A stretch of 64,000 nucleotides of DNA, taken from the IMG/VR virus record IMGVR_UViG_3300025120_000033. The stretch is one strand, 5' to 3'. A program made the translations under genes and the position numbers. Position 1 is the first letter of the stretch. Every line of letters starts with the position of its first letter. The stretch comes from an uncultured virus (IMG/VR IMGVR_UViG_3300025120_000033) (lineage: Duplodnaviria; Heunggongvirae; Uroviricota; Caudoviricetes). Of this stretch, positions 25,834 to 35,129 are shown one piece after another. The notes below the pieces were generated by a model. The model was not told where the DNA came from and made no database searches. It saw only the letters and a list, made by a program, of their open reading frames with translations.

Positions 25834-26355
25834 CTAAAGATCTTTGTCGCTGTACGTGTCGCTGAGCCCGAACAATTCGTCCAGTCTTGACTTGATGTCG
25901 TCCTTCGTCATGGCCTCGATGTTAGCGTTGATGTTGAGGTTGTGACTGCGGTGTATGCTCAAGCCAGCGAGGTTGTTGAGCTCTTTGACTGCACTCACCG
26001 CCGCGTTGTACTGTCCGCTCTCGAACGACACCTCGGCTATGTTCCATAGCATTGCGCCCGTCTTGGCTGGAGTGATGGCATACTTCTCGCGCAACTCTTC
26101 CTGCGCTATGCGCACCGCCTTTGTAACCTTCGGTTGATCCTTGCCGTTAAGCATCTTCGATGCGGCATTTGCTGGGAAGCTAAAGCCTGCTCTTCGAGCC
26201 GCCTCGGTCTGTCCGCACGCACCTTCGGTGTAATGCCATACGAACGCCGCTTGCATATCTGTCAGCCCGAGCTCTTCGTTTGCTTCAAACTGATCTGGCA
26301 TCTTAACAAGCTGGCGCTTTTCTTTCTCTGGTCTTCCTACCTTTTTCTCGCCCAT
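25834..26355 (-). CDS. terS: Terminase small subunit (copy B)
   Basis: LTDMQAAFVWHYTEGACGQTEAARRAGFS; start MGEKKVGRP set from paralogue A. Confidence 0.8.
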   Translation of the reverse strand: MGEKKVGRPEKEKRQLVKMPDQFEANEELGLTDMQAAFVWHYTEGACGQTEAARRAGFSFPANAASKMLNGKDQPKVTKAVRIAQEELREKYAITPAKTGAMLWNIAEVSFESGQYNAAVSAVKELNNLAGLSIHRSHNLNINANIEAMTKDDIKSRLDELFGLSDTYSDKDL

Positions 26356-26498
26356 CTCTCTCTCATCTCCTCTGCGAACGTCCGTTCGGCCTCGCTCATT
26401 GTCACTACGTCCTCGCCGCTCTGCTCTTCGAGCATTAGCCGCCACGCTGTAAAGTTCTGTAAATACGTTTTGTCGTCGTCGTAAATAAACTGTTCCAT
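26337..26498 (-). CDS. Hypothetical protein
   Basis: GAGG RBS; MEQFIYDDDKTYLQNFTAWRLM..., 53 aa. Confidence 0.55.
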   Translation of the reverse strand: MEQFIYDDDKTYLQNFTAWRLMLEEQSGEDVVTMSEAERTFAEEMRERWARKR

Positions 26499-26504
26499 AT
26501 GCAC

Positions 26505-26814
26505 CTCAGTGTACAGTGTACAGTGTAGGCTACCCTTATAAGGGCTGGTGCCTGCATAAACATAACTAGGGTTTTATGTGCCCTATTATTTATATAAAAC
26601 TACTAAACTAAGTTTACTATACCCTACCCTACCCTGTACTAAAGCCCTTTAAATACGGTAGCTTGCGCATAAAGTGTACAGTGTACAGTGTACAGCAAGA
26701 TAATTTGTATACATCCTTATACATTATCGATCCCTCTTATATAAACATACACATCGACATCATAAGGGTATCATCGTCATTTGCTATACCCTTTGCCACC
26801 CTGCTGTACCCTGC
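26505..26814. repeat. Iteron-like repeats, candidate origin (copy B)
   Basis: (CAGTGTA)3 at 26507-26527 and again at ~26673-26695; multiple TACCCT; AT-rich centre. Confidence 0.55.
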
Positions 26815-28968
26815 TTAATCGCCCCACTTGGGCGCGGAGATCTCGCTAAGGTCGATAGGTAGACTGTAATCCAAGTCGTATATCTTCTTGCCATTGCTAC
26901 GCCTTGGTTCGAGTCCTCGGTCTGCCAACACCCGTGCGGCGTCTTTGAAGTCAGCCATGCGCGGGTTGGATATCCCTAGATCTTTCAGGAGACTGGTCAT
27001 CTGTATTGGCTTGGTTACTGCGCTGTCGAAGTCAATGTATTGCAAGAGCAAGTCTTCGACTGCACTCTGGGTGCGGAAAAACTCGTTGCTGTTCTGTAGG
27101 AGCTCGCGCTCTTCCGTCGTAAGAAACCAAGAACAGTTGTCAACTTCGTAGAGGGTTGCTTTGACCTCTGCCCACACCTGTTGCATATTCAGACCATGGC
27201 GCCAGTCCACTTCCTTGATAGGCACAACCCAGAACCTTCGGTTCCCTGACGTATCGATCAGGAACTCCTTCTCGTTTACGCTGGCAAAGAACGCTGTTCT
27301 CCGTTGGTATTGGCTGAAGGCTCTGTCATAAGGTAGGCGCAACTCGTCCCTGCGCTTCGTTAGGAACGCTTTGAGTTGGTCGATGTCGGCACGCTTAAAT
27401 GTGGAACCAAGCTCACCTAGCTCACATATCCAATGGCTAACGCACTGCTTGACGCTGTCCTTATCACTGGGGTTCAGTGTGGCGCCCTCAAGCAACCAGT
27501 CTTTCTCTGGTGCGAGCGAGTTGAACCACTGCGTCTTACCAGCGGCCTGCGCTCCTTGGAACACCAGTATGCCCTCAAGGTTGGCACCAGCAGGCTCATA
27601 CACTGCCGCAACACACCCAAGCATCCACTTGCGCATCAGCATCTCTTTCAAGGGTTCGTTGGTGCTCTTGATCGTGCCAAAGAACCTTTCCAGCCGCTCC
27701 TTACCATCCCAAGGCTCAGAGTCAATCCACTCTTTGACGGGATTGAACTCACGCGCCAGTAGCTTTAAGTTCCACCGCAACCGTTCGTGCGGTATCCCCG
27801 CCACAATACATCGGTCTTCGATCTCGATAATCGCCGCGTCATCCTTCAGGTCAGCGATAAACTCTTGGTTGGGTACGTGTATCTCGATGCTCTTCTTAAT
27901 GACGTTGTAGTCCACCTCAATGCCGTTAGTAATAAGCACGCCTCGGTGGTTCTCTTTCGTATGCATCATCCTGCCGTTGCTGTTGCGCTGAAAGTCAAAG
28001 CTCTCAGGGATCACAACCTGTTGCAGTGTAGGCATCACCTCGCCCTCAATCACCGCATGGTCGTTGTAATCGCCCTTTGACTGCGGGATCAACACCTCGG
28101 CTACGCCGTTAAGTGCCTTTAATGCCTGCGCACCGCGCACCGCCTCGTTCTCTCCAGTGTTCGAGTCGTCGCAGTCCGCGATAAAAATGTGCTTAGCTTT
28201 TGGGAAGTGCTCGAAGATAACCTCTGCGACTGGCGTTAGGTTGAACGCATCGAAGCAAACAACCGTTGGCTGACTCATGTCTTGATAGTAGCTTGCCGCC
28301 GTGGCGTAACCTTCAACGTAATTAATGGTCGTAGCCTTCTCTAAAAGCTCCTGCCCAAGTATAAAAAAGCTCGCCTTCTTTTTGGAGCCAGTAAGAAACA
28401 TCTTGGCGCCGTCGTCGTCAATGTACTGAAGTCCAACGATCTCAAGATCTGAGTTCAACATTGGGATCAACAAGCGCCCGTCAGATCCAACCCGCAACCC
28501 GTGGCTTCTTACGCTCTTCTTGGCCAAGTATGGGTGCGCGTCACAACCAGAGCTTGCCGCCCAGATACTTTGCGCACGCTTCGCCGCCTTGTTGTTGCGC
28601 TCGATCTTCTTTTGCTCAGCCTCGGCCTGCAACTGTTTGATCTCTTCGCGTTGCTCTTCGCTCATCTGATAAGAGCCGCTGTTATGTGGCTTCCAAGTTG
28701 CTGTTGGGTTAGCCTGATCGATACGGTAATCACCGCACCGACCATACGGTATGCTCTGATCAGCCCAAAACTGATACCAGCCTGTCAGCTTGCGCTTACC
28801 ATCAACTTCCATGTAAGCCCGCCCGATTGATCCATCAACCAAAAGCCCTTTCTTTGCATCCAAAACCATGTTGTTTTCTAAAAGAAAAGCTTCAAACTCC
28901 TGCCTAAAGTTGCCACTGATTGGTCTGCTATGATCTTTTTTAGGCGGGCTTTTAACTTTCAAGGACAT
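26815..28968 (-). CDS. Primase-helicase, Toprim plus VirE/VapE (copy B)
   Basis: VEGYATA, ADCD, GAQAAGKT, DTSGNRRFW. Confidence 0.9.
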   Translation of the reverse strand: MSLKVKSPPKKDHSRPISGNFRQEFEAFLLENNMVLDAKKGLLVDGSIGRAYMEVDGKRKLTGWYQFWADQSIPYGRCGDYRIDQANPTATWKPHNSGSYQMSEEQREEIKQLQAEAEQKKIERNNKAAKRAQSIWAASSGCDAHPYLAKKSVRSHGLRVGSDGRLLIPMLNSDLEIVGLQYIDDDGAKMFLTGSKKKASFFILGQELLEKATTINYVEGYATAASYYQDMSQPTVVCFDAFNLTPVAEVIFEHFPKAKHIFIADCDDSNTGENEAVRGAQALKALNGVAEVLIPQSKGDYNDHAVIEGEVMPTLQQVVIPESFDFQRNSNGRMMHTKENHRGVLITNGIEVDYNVIKKSIEIHVPNQEFIADLKDDAAIIEIEDRCIVAGIPHERLRWNLKLLAREFNPVKEWIDSEPWDGKERLERFFGTIKSTNEPLKEMLMRKWMLGCVAAVYEPAGANLEGILVFQGAQAAGKTQWFNSLAPEKDWLLEGATLNPSDKDSVKQCVSHWICELGELGSTFKRADIDQLKAFLTKRRDELRLPYDRAFSQYQRRTAFFASVNEKEFLIDTSGNRRFWVVPIKEVDWRHGLNMQQVWAEVKATLYEVDNCSWFLTTEERELLQNSNEFFRTQSAVEDLLLQYIDFDSAVTKPIQMTSLLKDLGISNPRMADFKDAARVLADRGLEPRRSNGKKIYDLDYSLPIDLSEISAPKWGD

Positions 28969-29038
28969 TATAGGGCTTCCCTTTTGTAATTAGGTGTGTA
29001 CAATAGTGCAAACATTAGCAAATAACAAGGATTAAATC

Positions 29039-29764
29039 ATGGCATTAACAACCTCAGTTGGGTCAGGTGGAGAGAGCTCGTTTGAGTCAGTACCGCCCGG
29101 TTCTTACGAAGCAGTATGTTACCGTCTCGTCGATGCGGGAACCGCAGAAGAAGATTATAAAGGTGAAATCAGCAAAAAGCACAAGCTCTATATATTTTGG
29201 GAAATACCCGAGCTCAAGCTTGACGATGGGCGCCCATACTCTATTTTCAATGGCTACACCAACAGCCTCAATGAGCGCTCGAACCTGCGCCGTGATCTGC
29301 AAGCTTGGCGTAACAAGCCTTTCACTGAAGCCGAACTCGAAGAGTTTGACCTCACGAAACTGTTGGGCGTCACCTGTAAGATCAACGTGGTTTTGAACAG
29401 CAACGGCAACCCCAAGATCGCTGGTGTGTTCTCAAGCGACAACGGGGTCAAGCGAGTGAAGACGATCAACGAAAGCCAGATCTTTGACCTTGAGGAATAC
29501 TGCAAAGAGTTCAGCGGCGAAAGCTGTGCAGAGTCAAAGCTTGCTTGCGACAGTTTCGACACCTTGCCTCGCTTTGTGCAGTGGCGCATTAAAGGATGTG
29601 ACGAACAAGGCAAAGACGCAATGGATCCGTGCTTTGAAGTACAGGCCGCTATCAAGAAGGGTGCGCCCAAGGAAGAAAAGACTGGGTTAAGCGGTATTGC
29701 CTCAAGCCAGAAAAAACCGCTTGAGCCTAACAACGAAATCATGGACGACGACATTCCGTTCTGA
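29039..29764 (+). CDS. Single-stranded DNA-binding-like protein (copy B)
   Basis: DDDIPF tail; paralogue of 14200-14895. Confidence 0.75.
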   Translation: MALTTSVGSGGESSFESVPPGSYEAVCYRLVDAGTAEEDYKGEISKKHKLYIFWEIPELKLDDGRPYSIFNGYTNSLNERSNLRRDLQAWRNKPFTEAELEEFDLTKLLGVTCKINVVLNSNGNPKIAGVFSSDNGVKRVKTINESQIFDLEEYCKEFSGESCAESKLACDSFDTLPRFVQWRIKGCDEQGKDAMDPCFEVQAAIKKGAPKEEKTGLSGIASSQKKPLEPNNEIMDDDIPF

Positions 29765-29782
29765 CGTCGATAGGGGCAGACC

Positions 29783-29992
29783 ATGATCGAGCTTAAAATT
29801 GGTAGTGCATCTAACAAGTCTCTGAACGTAACCAAGTGTGACGTCGAAAGCGCATCTGTATATGAATTAGCAGATGCGCTTGAGTTGTTACATTACTTGG
29901 CGCGTGATCTCAAATACGAAGACCTTGGTTGGAAAATCCTCGACGTATCGGATGAACTTAAAGAGAGGGCGAAAAATGACAGACATGATTAA
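29783..29992 (+). CDS. Hypothetical protein (copy B)
   Basis: Paralogue of 14898-15098. Confidence 0.75.
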   Translation: MIELKIGSASNKSLNVTKCDVESASVYELADALELLHYLARDLKYEDLGWKILDVSDELKERAKNDRHD

Positions 29993-30206
29993 CAGCCCAG
30001 AGCATTATGCCACGGGTGCAGTAGAGACAATTGACAGCATCAAATCGTCAATGGGTTCGTATCAATTTATGGGCTACCTGCAAGGCAATATTATCAAGTA
30101 CGCTTGCAGGATGTGGCGTAAGAATGACGACCCGACAGAAGACCTCAAGAAAATGATTTGGTATGCAAATAGACTAATTAAAGAAATAGAGGAAGACAAT
30201 GCTTGA
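29976..30206 (+). CDS. DUF3310 protein (copy B)
   Basis: DMINSPEHY...GNIIKY...EDLKKMIWY. Confidence 0.85.
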   Translation: MTDMINSPEHYATGAVETIDSIKSSMGSYQFMGYLQGNIIKYACRMWRKNDDPTEDLKKMIWYANRLIKEIEEDNA

Positions 30207-30384
30207 TCGCGGTGATGTTGACGAGAATTTGCCCAACTGTCCGTGGACACAAGAAGACGCAGTAATGTGCGACCAGCACGATGTGGAGATGTCAGCAGAT
30301 GAAGATGAGGAGGGCCAGATCATTTACCTTTGCCCAATTTGTGAGTCTTTTTCGTTTCGCCCTTTTCCCCAACGCAGGAGATGA
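30199..30384 (+). CDS. Small CxxH/CxxC protein (copy B)
   Basis: Paralogue of 15314-15505. Confidence 0.7.
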   Translation: MLDRGDVDENLPNCPWTQEDAVMCDQHDVEMSADEDEEGQIIYLCPICESFSFRPFPQRRR

Positions 30385-31396
30385 CATCAAAAACAAACTA
30401 CCAATCTTCCCGATACATCGATGCTCTCAGTTAGATGCTGAGCGCGACTTCATACAACTCAAGCGGGAAAGCTTTACAAACCTTATTATTCCCAAGCAAT
30501 GGAAGAGTCGAAGCAAACTTCCACAAGAGTTTGTGAAAGATTATGTTGTTGGGCGCTCGGTGGTCGGTAACAAGAGCTCTAGCTTTTATCACTGGCAGTC
30601 AAGAATGGCCTGCGACTCAAACAATTGCCCCGCCCCTATTCGTGCTTGGTATGACAGCAAACTACACAAGAACATCGCGTCTTCTCAGTATTATGAGGAG
30701 AGCCATAAGTCTGCGCTTACCATGCGTGGATACATAGCATCCCAGTTTAGGCCAAGCGCCGCCAAGTGTTTGTACGAAGTTTTTGAAGCAACCTCGATTT
30801 ATGATCCGTGCGGTGGGTGGGGAGATCGTCTCTCTGCCGCTCTGGCACACTCTTGCCACACCTACCATTGCCGAGATGTAAATCCACTTGTATTTACTGG
30901 TTACGCGCTACAACAGCACGCCTTTGATATGGATAGTAAGGCGAGTTTCGAGTATCAAGGTAGCGAGATCGACTGTCCAGCAGAGGGCGCCTTCGATTTC
31001 GTATTTACCAGCCCACCCTATTGGAAGGTGGAAAAGTATGCTGGCGACAAGCAAAGCTTCCGCGTGCATAAAAAGTTTGACGCATGGATGTCTGGATTCC
31101 TTTTTCCAATGCTCAAGAACGCTTGGGCCGCTTTGGAAGATGGTGGGGTTATGGCTATCAATGTGTCTGACTGTTACGCAAACCATACCCAAAACATCAT
31201 ATGTGAGCCAGCAATAGAGTACGCACTTGAGAACCTTAGCGGGTGCCATATGGCTGGCATCATCGGCTATGAGATCTCGACCCGCAAGAAAAACGGTTGC
31301 AACTCAGAGCCCATACTTATTTTTAGCAAGAACGCGCCGCTGTGCCTAGACACACTGCTGGCTAAGCAACTGAAACAACAATCATTGGAGTTATAA
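30281..31396 (+). CDS. Amino (N4-C/N6-A) DNA methyltransferase; start uncertain
   Basis: DPCGGWGDRL SAM-binding motif followed by FTSPPY catalytic motif. Confidence 0.8.
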   Translation: MWRCQQMKMRRARSFTFAQFVSLFRFALFPNAGDDIKNKLPIFPIHRCSQLDAERDFIQLKRESFTNLIIPKQWKSRSKLPQEFVKDYVVGRSVVGNKSSSFYHWQSRMACDSNNCPAPIRAWYDSKLHKNIASSQYYEESHKSALTMRGYIASQFRPSAAKCLYEVFEATSIYDPCGGWGDRLSAALAHSCHTYHCRDVNPLVFTGYALQQHAFDMDSKASFEYQGSEIDCPAEGAFDFVFTSPPYWKVEKYAGDKQSFRVHKKFDAWMSGFLFPMLKNAWAALEDGGVMAINVSDCYANHTQNIICEPAIEYALENLSGCHMAGIIGYEISTRKKNGCNSEPILIFSKNAPLCLDTLLAKQLKQQSLEL

Positions 31397-31444
31397 TGAA
31401 TTTTAAGTACCTCTTAACCCCACTTTTAGAGAGAGAAATGTGCT

Positions 31445-32215
31445 ATGGATTTTAAAGTAGGCATCTACGAAGATCTCGATTACCCAACTTACGACTCAAT
31501 ACCCGCATGGCGAAGTCACGATCTGACATCAATAGCCAAGTGCCCGTTTACTTGGAAGAACCGCGTCTTTCACAACAGCCCCGCGCTTCTTGAAGGGAGG
31601 GTACAACATACTGTTTTTTTGGAACACCACAAGTTCCACGAAGAGTTTGCCATTGAGCCGATTGTTGACCGACGAACGAAAGCGGGCAAAGAAGAGTACG
31701 CCGACTGGCTAATGACCGTAGGGGATAGGGCGCCAATCAAACAAGATATGTATGACGTCTGCATGGAGCGCCGAGAGGTTGTTGCGGATCACATTCCCAA
31801 GCCAGATCACTCCGTCGAACTCACTCTGTGCTGGATGTGGAACGGTCAGCCATGCAAAGGCAAGCTGGACTGGCACACTGGAACCGACATCTGGGATTTA
31901 AAAACGTGCAGAGACGCATCGCCTCGGGGCTTCAAGAGCGCCATCAACACATTCAAATACTATCAACAAGCCGCATATTACGTTGCTGGGTGCCGCGCTG
32001 TTGGCCTTCGTACAGATAAATTTTACTTCTTGGCTCAAGAGAAAATGCATCCTTACCCCTACGCAATCTACACTTTGACTGACGAGGCCATTGCCTACGG
32101 TGATGCAAAGAACGAGCAGGCTATGGCTGTTGGAATGGCGTGCAGAGAGCGCGACGAATATCTACCATATAACCAAAGCGAGATTAGAGAGTTTGACATT
32201 GCTGACCTTTACTAA
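31445..32215 (+). CDS. PD-(D/E)XK exonuclease, DUF3799/RecE-like (copy B)
   Basis: Paralogue of 16640-17410, same 256-aa length. Confidence 0.85.
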   Translation: MDFKVGIYEDLDYPTYDSIPAWRSHDLTSIAKCPFTWKNRVFHNSPALLEGRVQHTVFLEHHKFHEEFAIEPIVDRRTKAGKEEYADWLMTVGDRAPIKQDMYDVCMERREVVADHIPKPDHSVELTLCWMWNGQPCKGKLDWHTGTDIWDLKTCRDASPRGFKSAINTFKYYQQAAYYVAGCRAVGLRTDKFYFLAQEKMHPYPYAIYTLTDEAIAYGDAKNEQAMAVGMACRERDEYLPYNQSEIREFDIADLY

Positions 32216-32420
32216 AGAAGAGCAAGCCAAAGAAGATAAATGGGCGCAGGACAAGATGTATCATGCCGCCCGATACGCTTGGAAAAAACGGTTTGATCCT
32301 TTACCATTTGGCACGGGAACATGGGCGGAGTGGTTTAAGAAAATGTTCAATCGAGATCTTTTCGAGTATGCTAAAGAGATGTCAGCAAAAAAGAAGGAGG
32401 AAAGTCATGGCGAAATCTAA
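32193..32420 (+). CDS. Hypothetical protein (copy B)
   Basis: YHAARYAWK; TTG start approximate. Confidence 0.65.
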   Translation: MTLLTFTKEEQAKEDKWAQDKMYHAARYAWKKRFDPLPFGTGTWAEWFKKMFNRDLFEYAKEMSAKKKEESHGEI

Positions 32421-32583
32421 AGTTAACGAGGCAGGCAACTACACCAAGCCGACTATGCGGAAAAGGCTTTTTAACAAAATCAAAGCCAGCAGTAAAGGCG
32501 GTGCCGCAGGTCAGTGGTCAGGGCGTAAAGCTCAAATGCTCGCCAAGCAATATAAGGCGGCAGGCGGAGGATACAAAACATGA
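32407..32583 (+). CDS. Small basic protein
   Basis: NYTKPTMRKRLF...GQWSGRKAQMLAKQYKAAGGGYK; GGAGG RBS. Confidence 0.75.
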   Translation: MAKSKVNEAGNYTKPTMRKRLFNKIKASSKGGAAGQWSGRKAQMLAKQYKAAGGGYKT

Positions 32584-32744
32584 AAGGCGTCAATCATTAT
32601 AAAAGAGATGGCACATTGCACACTGGAGGAACTCACAAGATGCCAGACGGCTCTCTGCATTCTGGCAAGAAGCACGGCAAGACAAGTGTTAAGCTGTACC
32701 ACTACAAAGATTTGTCTGCTACGGCCAAGAAGAGGGCTAGGTAA
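32580..32744 (+). CDS. Small basic His-rich protein
   Basis: MKGVNHYKRDGTLHTGGTHKMPDGSLHSGKKH...; coupled overlaps. Confidence 0.7.
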   Translation: MKGVNHYKRDGTLHTGGTHKMPDGSLHSGKKHGKTSVKLYHYKDLSATAKKRAR

Positions 32745-33013
32745 TGGCGCTTAAAAAGACCCAGAAGTCTCTCAAGAATTGGACAAAGCAAGACTGGGGC
32801 ACAAAGTCTGGCAAGCCATCGACTCAAGGCAAGAATGCCACTGGCGAGCGTTACCTGCCCAAAAAGAAAATTGCCGCTATGTCTGACGCCGAGTATGCCA
32901 AAACCACGGCCAAGAAAAGACGGGACACCAAGGCAGGAAAGCAGTTTTCATCGCAACCCAAGAAGGTTGCGAGTGGCGGGGCCATAAAGAAAACCAAAAA
33001 GAAAAAAGGCTAG
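32744..33013 (+). CDS. Small basic protein
   Basis: QKSLKNWTKQDW...TGERYLPK. Confidence 0.75.
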   Translation: MALKKTQKSLKNWTKQDWGTKSGKPSTQGKNATGERYLPKKKIAAMSDAEYAKTTAKKRRDTKAGKQFSSQPKKVASGGAIKKTKKKKG

Positions 33014-33297
33014 GGTCCCTCCACCCCTAGCCACGCCTTAATGCCCTCATTGAAAACCTCGGGAGAGACTTCAACGTCGTTGAACCTGTACTTAAATCCT
33101 TCCTTGATGACTCGGTCCGTAACAGCCTTAACTTGAATGTTAGACTCAGATCCAAGCAGGTCGTTAACCATTAGAGATATCAGGTCGTTCAACTCCTTTC
33201 GGGTAATCATGGCCTTTGTCGCCTTACCCTGAAAAATCTTTGCCAGATGATTTCTCTCGGCATCGTTTAACTCAACAGCTATATTAGTTTTCATCAT
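33010..33297 (-). CDS. Hypothetical protein (copy 2)
   Basis: Paralogue of 3436-3717 in opposite orientation. Confidence 0.75.
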   Translation of the reverse strand: MMKTNIAVELNDAERNHLAKIFQGKATKAMITRKELNDLISLMVNDLLGSESNIQVKAVTDRVIKEGFKYRFNDVEVSPEVFNEGIKAWLGVEGP

Positions 33298-33548
33298 TCC
33301 TCCAAGTGCATACACATAATAAGTTCCTTGATTGGGCCCGTGATCTGCTCAATGTCGTCTAGCACATCGCTATTGAGGTGATCGCACAGGGCGCTCCAAT
33401 CCCCAAACTTTCGACCCAGCTTTGGAATGTACATCGTGCAATCATTCTCTGGGTCCTCACAAACAACCTGACATAACATTGAATCGGAGTAGTACCCGAA
33501 ACAATGTATCTGCCTGCCGCCCTCAAGGTTGTGAACATAATTAGCCAT
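33294..33548 (-). CDS. Hypothetical early protein
   Basis: GGAGG RBS; MANYVHNLEGG. Confidence 0.65.
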   Translation of the reverse strand: MANYVHNLEGGRQIHCFGYYSDSMLCQVVCEDPENDCTMYIPKLGRKFGDWSALCDHLNSDVLDDIEQITGPIKELIMCMHLEE

Positions 33549-33828
33549 GGGCCCACACCTCCTTGATCTTCCACTTCTCAACAACAGGGCCGCCCTCATC
33601 GTCGATGTCGATAACAACATGAGCGACGGTCTTCATAACCTTGCCGATCCTGTACCCACAGTCGCCGCCTGCGGTCCCGTTATATACCCAGATCTTGTCT
33701 GGATACTCTGGATTCCAGTCCCAATTGAAATCTTCCTCGGTCCTCTTCTCCCACTCAAAATCTTTCTTGAACTCGGCCTCAACAAACCTGCCCATCACGG
33801 TCTCACTTTCAAACGGTGCCCAACCCAT
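33541..33828 (-). CDS. Hypothetical early protein
   Basis: GAGAGGAGATAGTTATG start. Confidence 0.7.
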   Translation of the reverse strand: MGWAPFESETVMGRFVEAEFKKDFEWEKRTEEDFNWDWNPEYPDKIWVYNGTAGGDCGYRIGKVMKTVAHVVIDIDDEGGPVVEKWKIKEVWAHG

Positions 33829-33830
33829 AA

Positions 33831-33980
33831 CTATCTCCTCTCAACTTCAATCTGGTCAACCCAAGCAGTACCACGCCCAAGATGGGTCATTCGGTAGTTA
33901 AGGGCATCGACCATGGTGTCGAATGGTTTGCAGTTGATCAACTGATCGTTAACAACATTTCTCAATACATATTTAATCAT
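33831..33980 (-). CDS. Hypothetical early protein
   Basis: Identical GAGAGGAGATAGTTATG start; MIKYVLRNVVND..., 49 aa. Confidence 0.6.
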   Translation of the reverse strand: MIKYVLRNVVNDQLINCKPFDTMVDALNYRMTHLGRGTAWVDQIEVERR

Positions 33981-34011
33981 AACTATCTCCTCTCAATTCC
34001 TCAGTACATGT

Positions 34012-34157
34012 ACATTATGGACCATATCGTGTCGATGTGCAAGTTTTGACACCCCCATGCTTAGTAGAAATATGCATAAAAAAGCACATGTGTATAACTA
34101 TTTAGTCTAAGTATTGTGTGCAATTATGTGTACAACGACACGATATATGCTATTATA
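34012..34157. promoter_or_regulatory. Divergent promoter pair (hub 3)
   Basis: -: TTGCACATCGACACGATATGGTCCATAAT; +: TGTACAACGACACGATATATGCTATTAT. Confidence 0.75.
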
Positions 34158-34320
34158 TACATGTGGTGAGGGAAAATTGATAGGAGAGTTGAGATGGTTG
34201 TTAGTGTTCAGAGCGTGATCAGTAAGAAGGGTGGGATGCCAGTGGGTGTTGAGAACAAGATGATCATGGCGGTACTTGCAATTGGCTTGATGACTTCTGT
34301 TTTGGTTTTTGTTTAAGGAG

Positions 34321-34560
34321 ATGATGATGAGCGATTTACCCATGACGGTTTATAAGAATAAGACTGAAAATACTTTCGTCTATTACTACAACCGAACCAA
34401 GGATGTGTTCGTTGACAAGATGGAGTTCTTGGAGCTCAACGGTGATGTGGACTGCGTTGTTGTCGATGACACCCTGACCGCACAAGAAGTTGATGAAGTG
34501 TTCGGCGAGATCTACGGTCGAGAAAAATATGTTTACTACAAAGAGGGAGATGAGAGATGA
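34321..34560 (+). CDS. Hypothetical early protein
   Basis: AAGGAG RBS. Confidence 0.65.
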   Translation: MMMSDLPMTVYKNKTENTFVYYYNRTKDVFVDKMEFLELNGDVDCVVVDDTLTAQEVDEVFGEIYGREKYVYYKEGDER

Positions 34561-35129
34561 AAGCACCAAGAGAATATTGGATACCCAAGGGCGCTGTTGA
34601 GGTTAATTTAGAGGGCGCAAACTGTGTTGTTTATACATACTTCAACAATGGCCACTGCGCCATGAGCTTCCACGGCAAGAAATCAACGGCAACCGACAGG
34701 TATAGGTTTGCCACTGTCGAGAAGCGTGATGCTTGGGTGGCAGATACTCTTGCCAATGCCAAGGCTTGGGAAGATAAGAAAGCCGAGGACAAAGCCAAGA
34801 GGGCGGCTGATAAGAAAGAGGCCATGGCCAAGGCGGTTGTTGGTGACATTTATTACTGCTCTTGGGGTTACGATCAGACCAACATTGATTTTTACGAGAT
34901 AGTTGCCAAGAAGGGCGTCAACATCGAGATCCGTAAAGTCTCTAAGATATTGGATCGATCAGAGCGTGGCGCCGATTATGTTTGTGCCAAGAAGGGCTCA
35001 TACATTGGCGAGGAAGTCATCAAAAAAAGATTCAATGGTAGCGGCAACATCACCATGAATTCATACAGCAGTGCTTACCCTTGGAGCGGAACACCAAAAT
35101 ATGAAACCGCTTGGGGGTACGGTCACTAG
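34557..35129 (+). CDS. Hypothetical early protein
   Basis: 190 aa, VGDI...SWGYDQTNIDFYEIV motif. Confidence 0.75.
   Translation: MKAPREYWIPKGAVEVNLEGANCVVYTYFNNGHCAMSFHGKKSTATDRYRFATVEKRDAWVADTLANAKAWEDKKAEDKAKRAADKKEAMAKAVVGDIYYCSWGYDQTNIDFYEIVAKKGVNIEIRKVSKILDRSERGADYVCAKKGSYIGEEVIKKRFNGSGNITMNSYSSAYPWSGTPKYETAWGYGH

Noticed and set aside
4143..32420. Simple duplicated-contig artefact
   Set aside because: Copies are substantially diverged with different accessory genes. A two-phage chimera is not excluded.
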